DNA from: a cyanobacterium endosymbiont of Braarudosphaera bigelowii | GTDB lineage: Bacteria; Cyanobacteriota; Cyanobacteriia; Cyanobacteriales; Microcystaceae | Assembly (NCBI RefSeq): GCF_020885515.1 | Contig: NZ_AP024987.1 | Location: 810,001-842,000, forward strand | Reading direction: 5' to 3' | Length of the DNA stretch: 32,000 nucleotides | Shown: positions 31,917-32,000 of the stretch, one piece after another | How positions within the stretch are numbered: position 1 is the first letter of the stretch | Layout of the letters: the number at the start of each line of letters is the position of its first letter | Notes under the pieces: model-generated | Seen by the model: only the letters and a program-made list of their open reading frames with translations | Databases searched by the model: none | Told to the model about the DNA's origin: nothing | Translations under genes and position numbers: made by a program

Positions 31917-32000
31917 TTATAAAGGCAACATTTATGTTCCCTCTGAGTATTACTTAATGGTAGAAATTACCTATTATCAAATCTAAAGCTAGAAATAAAT

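Overview
AT-rich cyanobacterial chromosomal segment. The gene content and sequences resemble a unicellular diazotroph lineage (Crocosphaera / UCYN-A / diatom spheroid-body type), but this placement is inferred from protein character only, not from a search. The window holds about 24 housekeeping-type CDSs at roughly 78% coding density, with many 400-900 bp non-coding gaps. In order: thiL (5' truncated), a conserved small protein, queG, a GT21/HpnI-like glycosyltransferase, infC, hom, a CLC-CBS-USP chloride channel, a RuvC-like protein, groEL with a perfect CIRCE, a Tab2/Atab2-like protein, two GT2 glycosyltransferases, a membrane protein, rsmA, a class V aminotransferase, lpxD, gatB, pstS-C-A-B-B, pgeF and a futB-like permease. 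I found no CRISPR array, prophage, transposase, rRNA or recognisable tRNA, and no convincing evidence of a new multi-gene system. The best second-look items are: the near-perfect GGM-encoding 9-bp tandem repeat in groEL, replacement of the gating-glutamate motif in the CLC protein (GREGP to GRRAP), a three-armed alternative-hairpin element upstream of that gene, a roughly 60-bp near-perfect palindrome at the infC stop, an 18-bp perfect inverted repeat with a 42-nt spacer near the right edge, a GC-enriched island upstream of groEL, and a hairpin just upstream of gatB.
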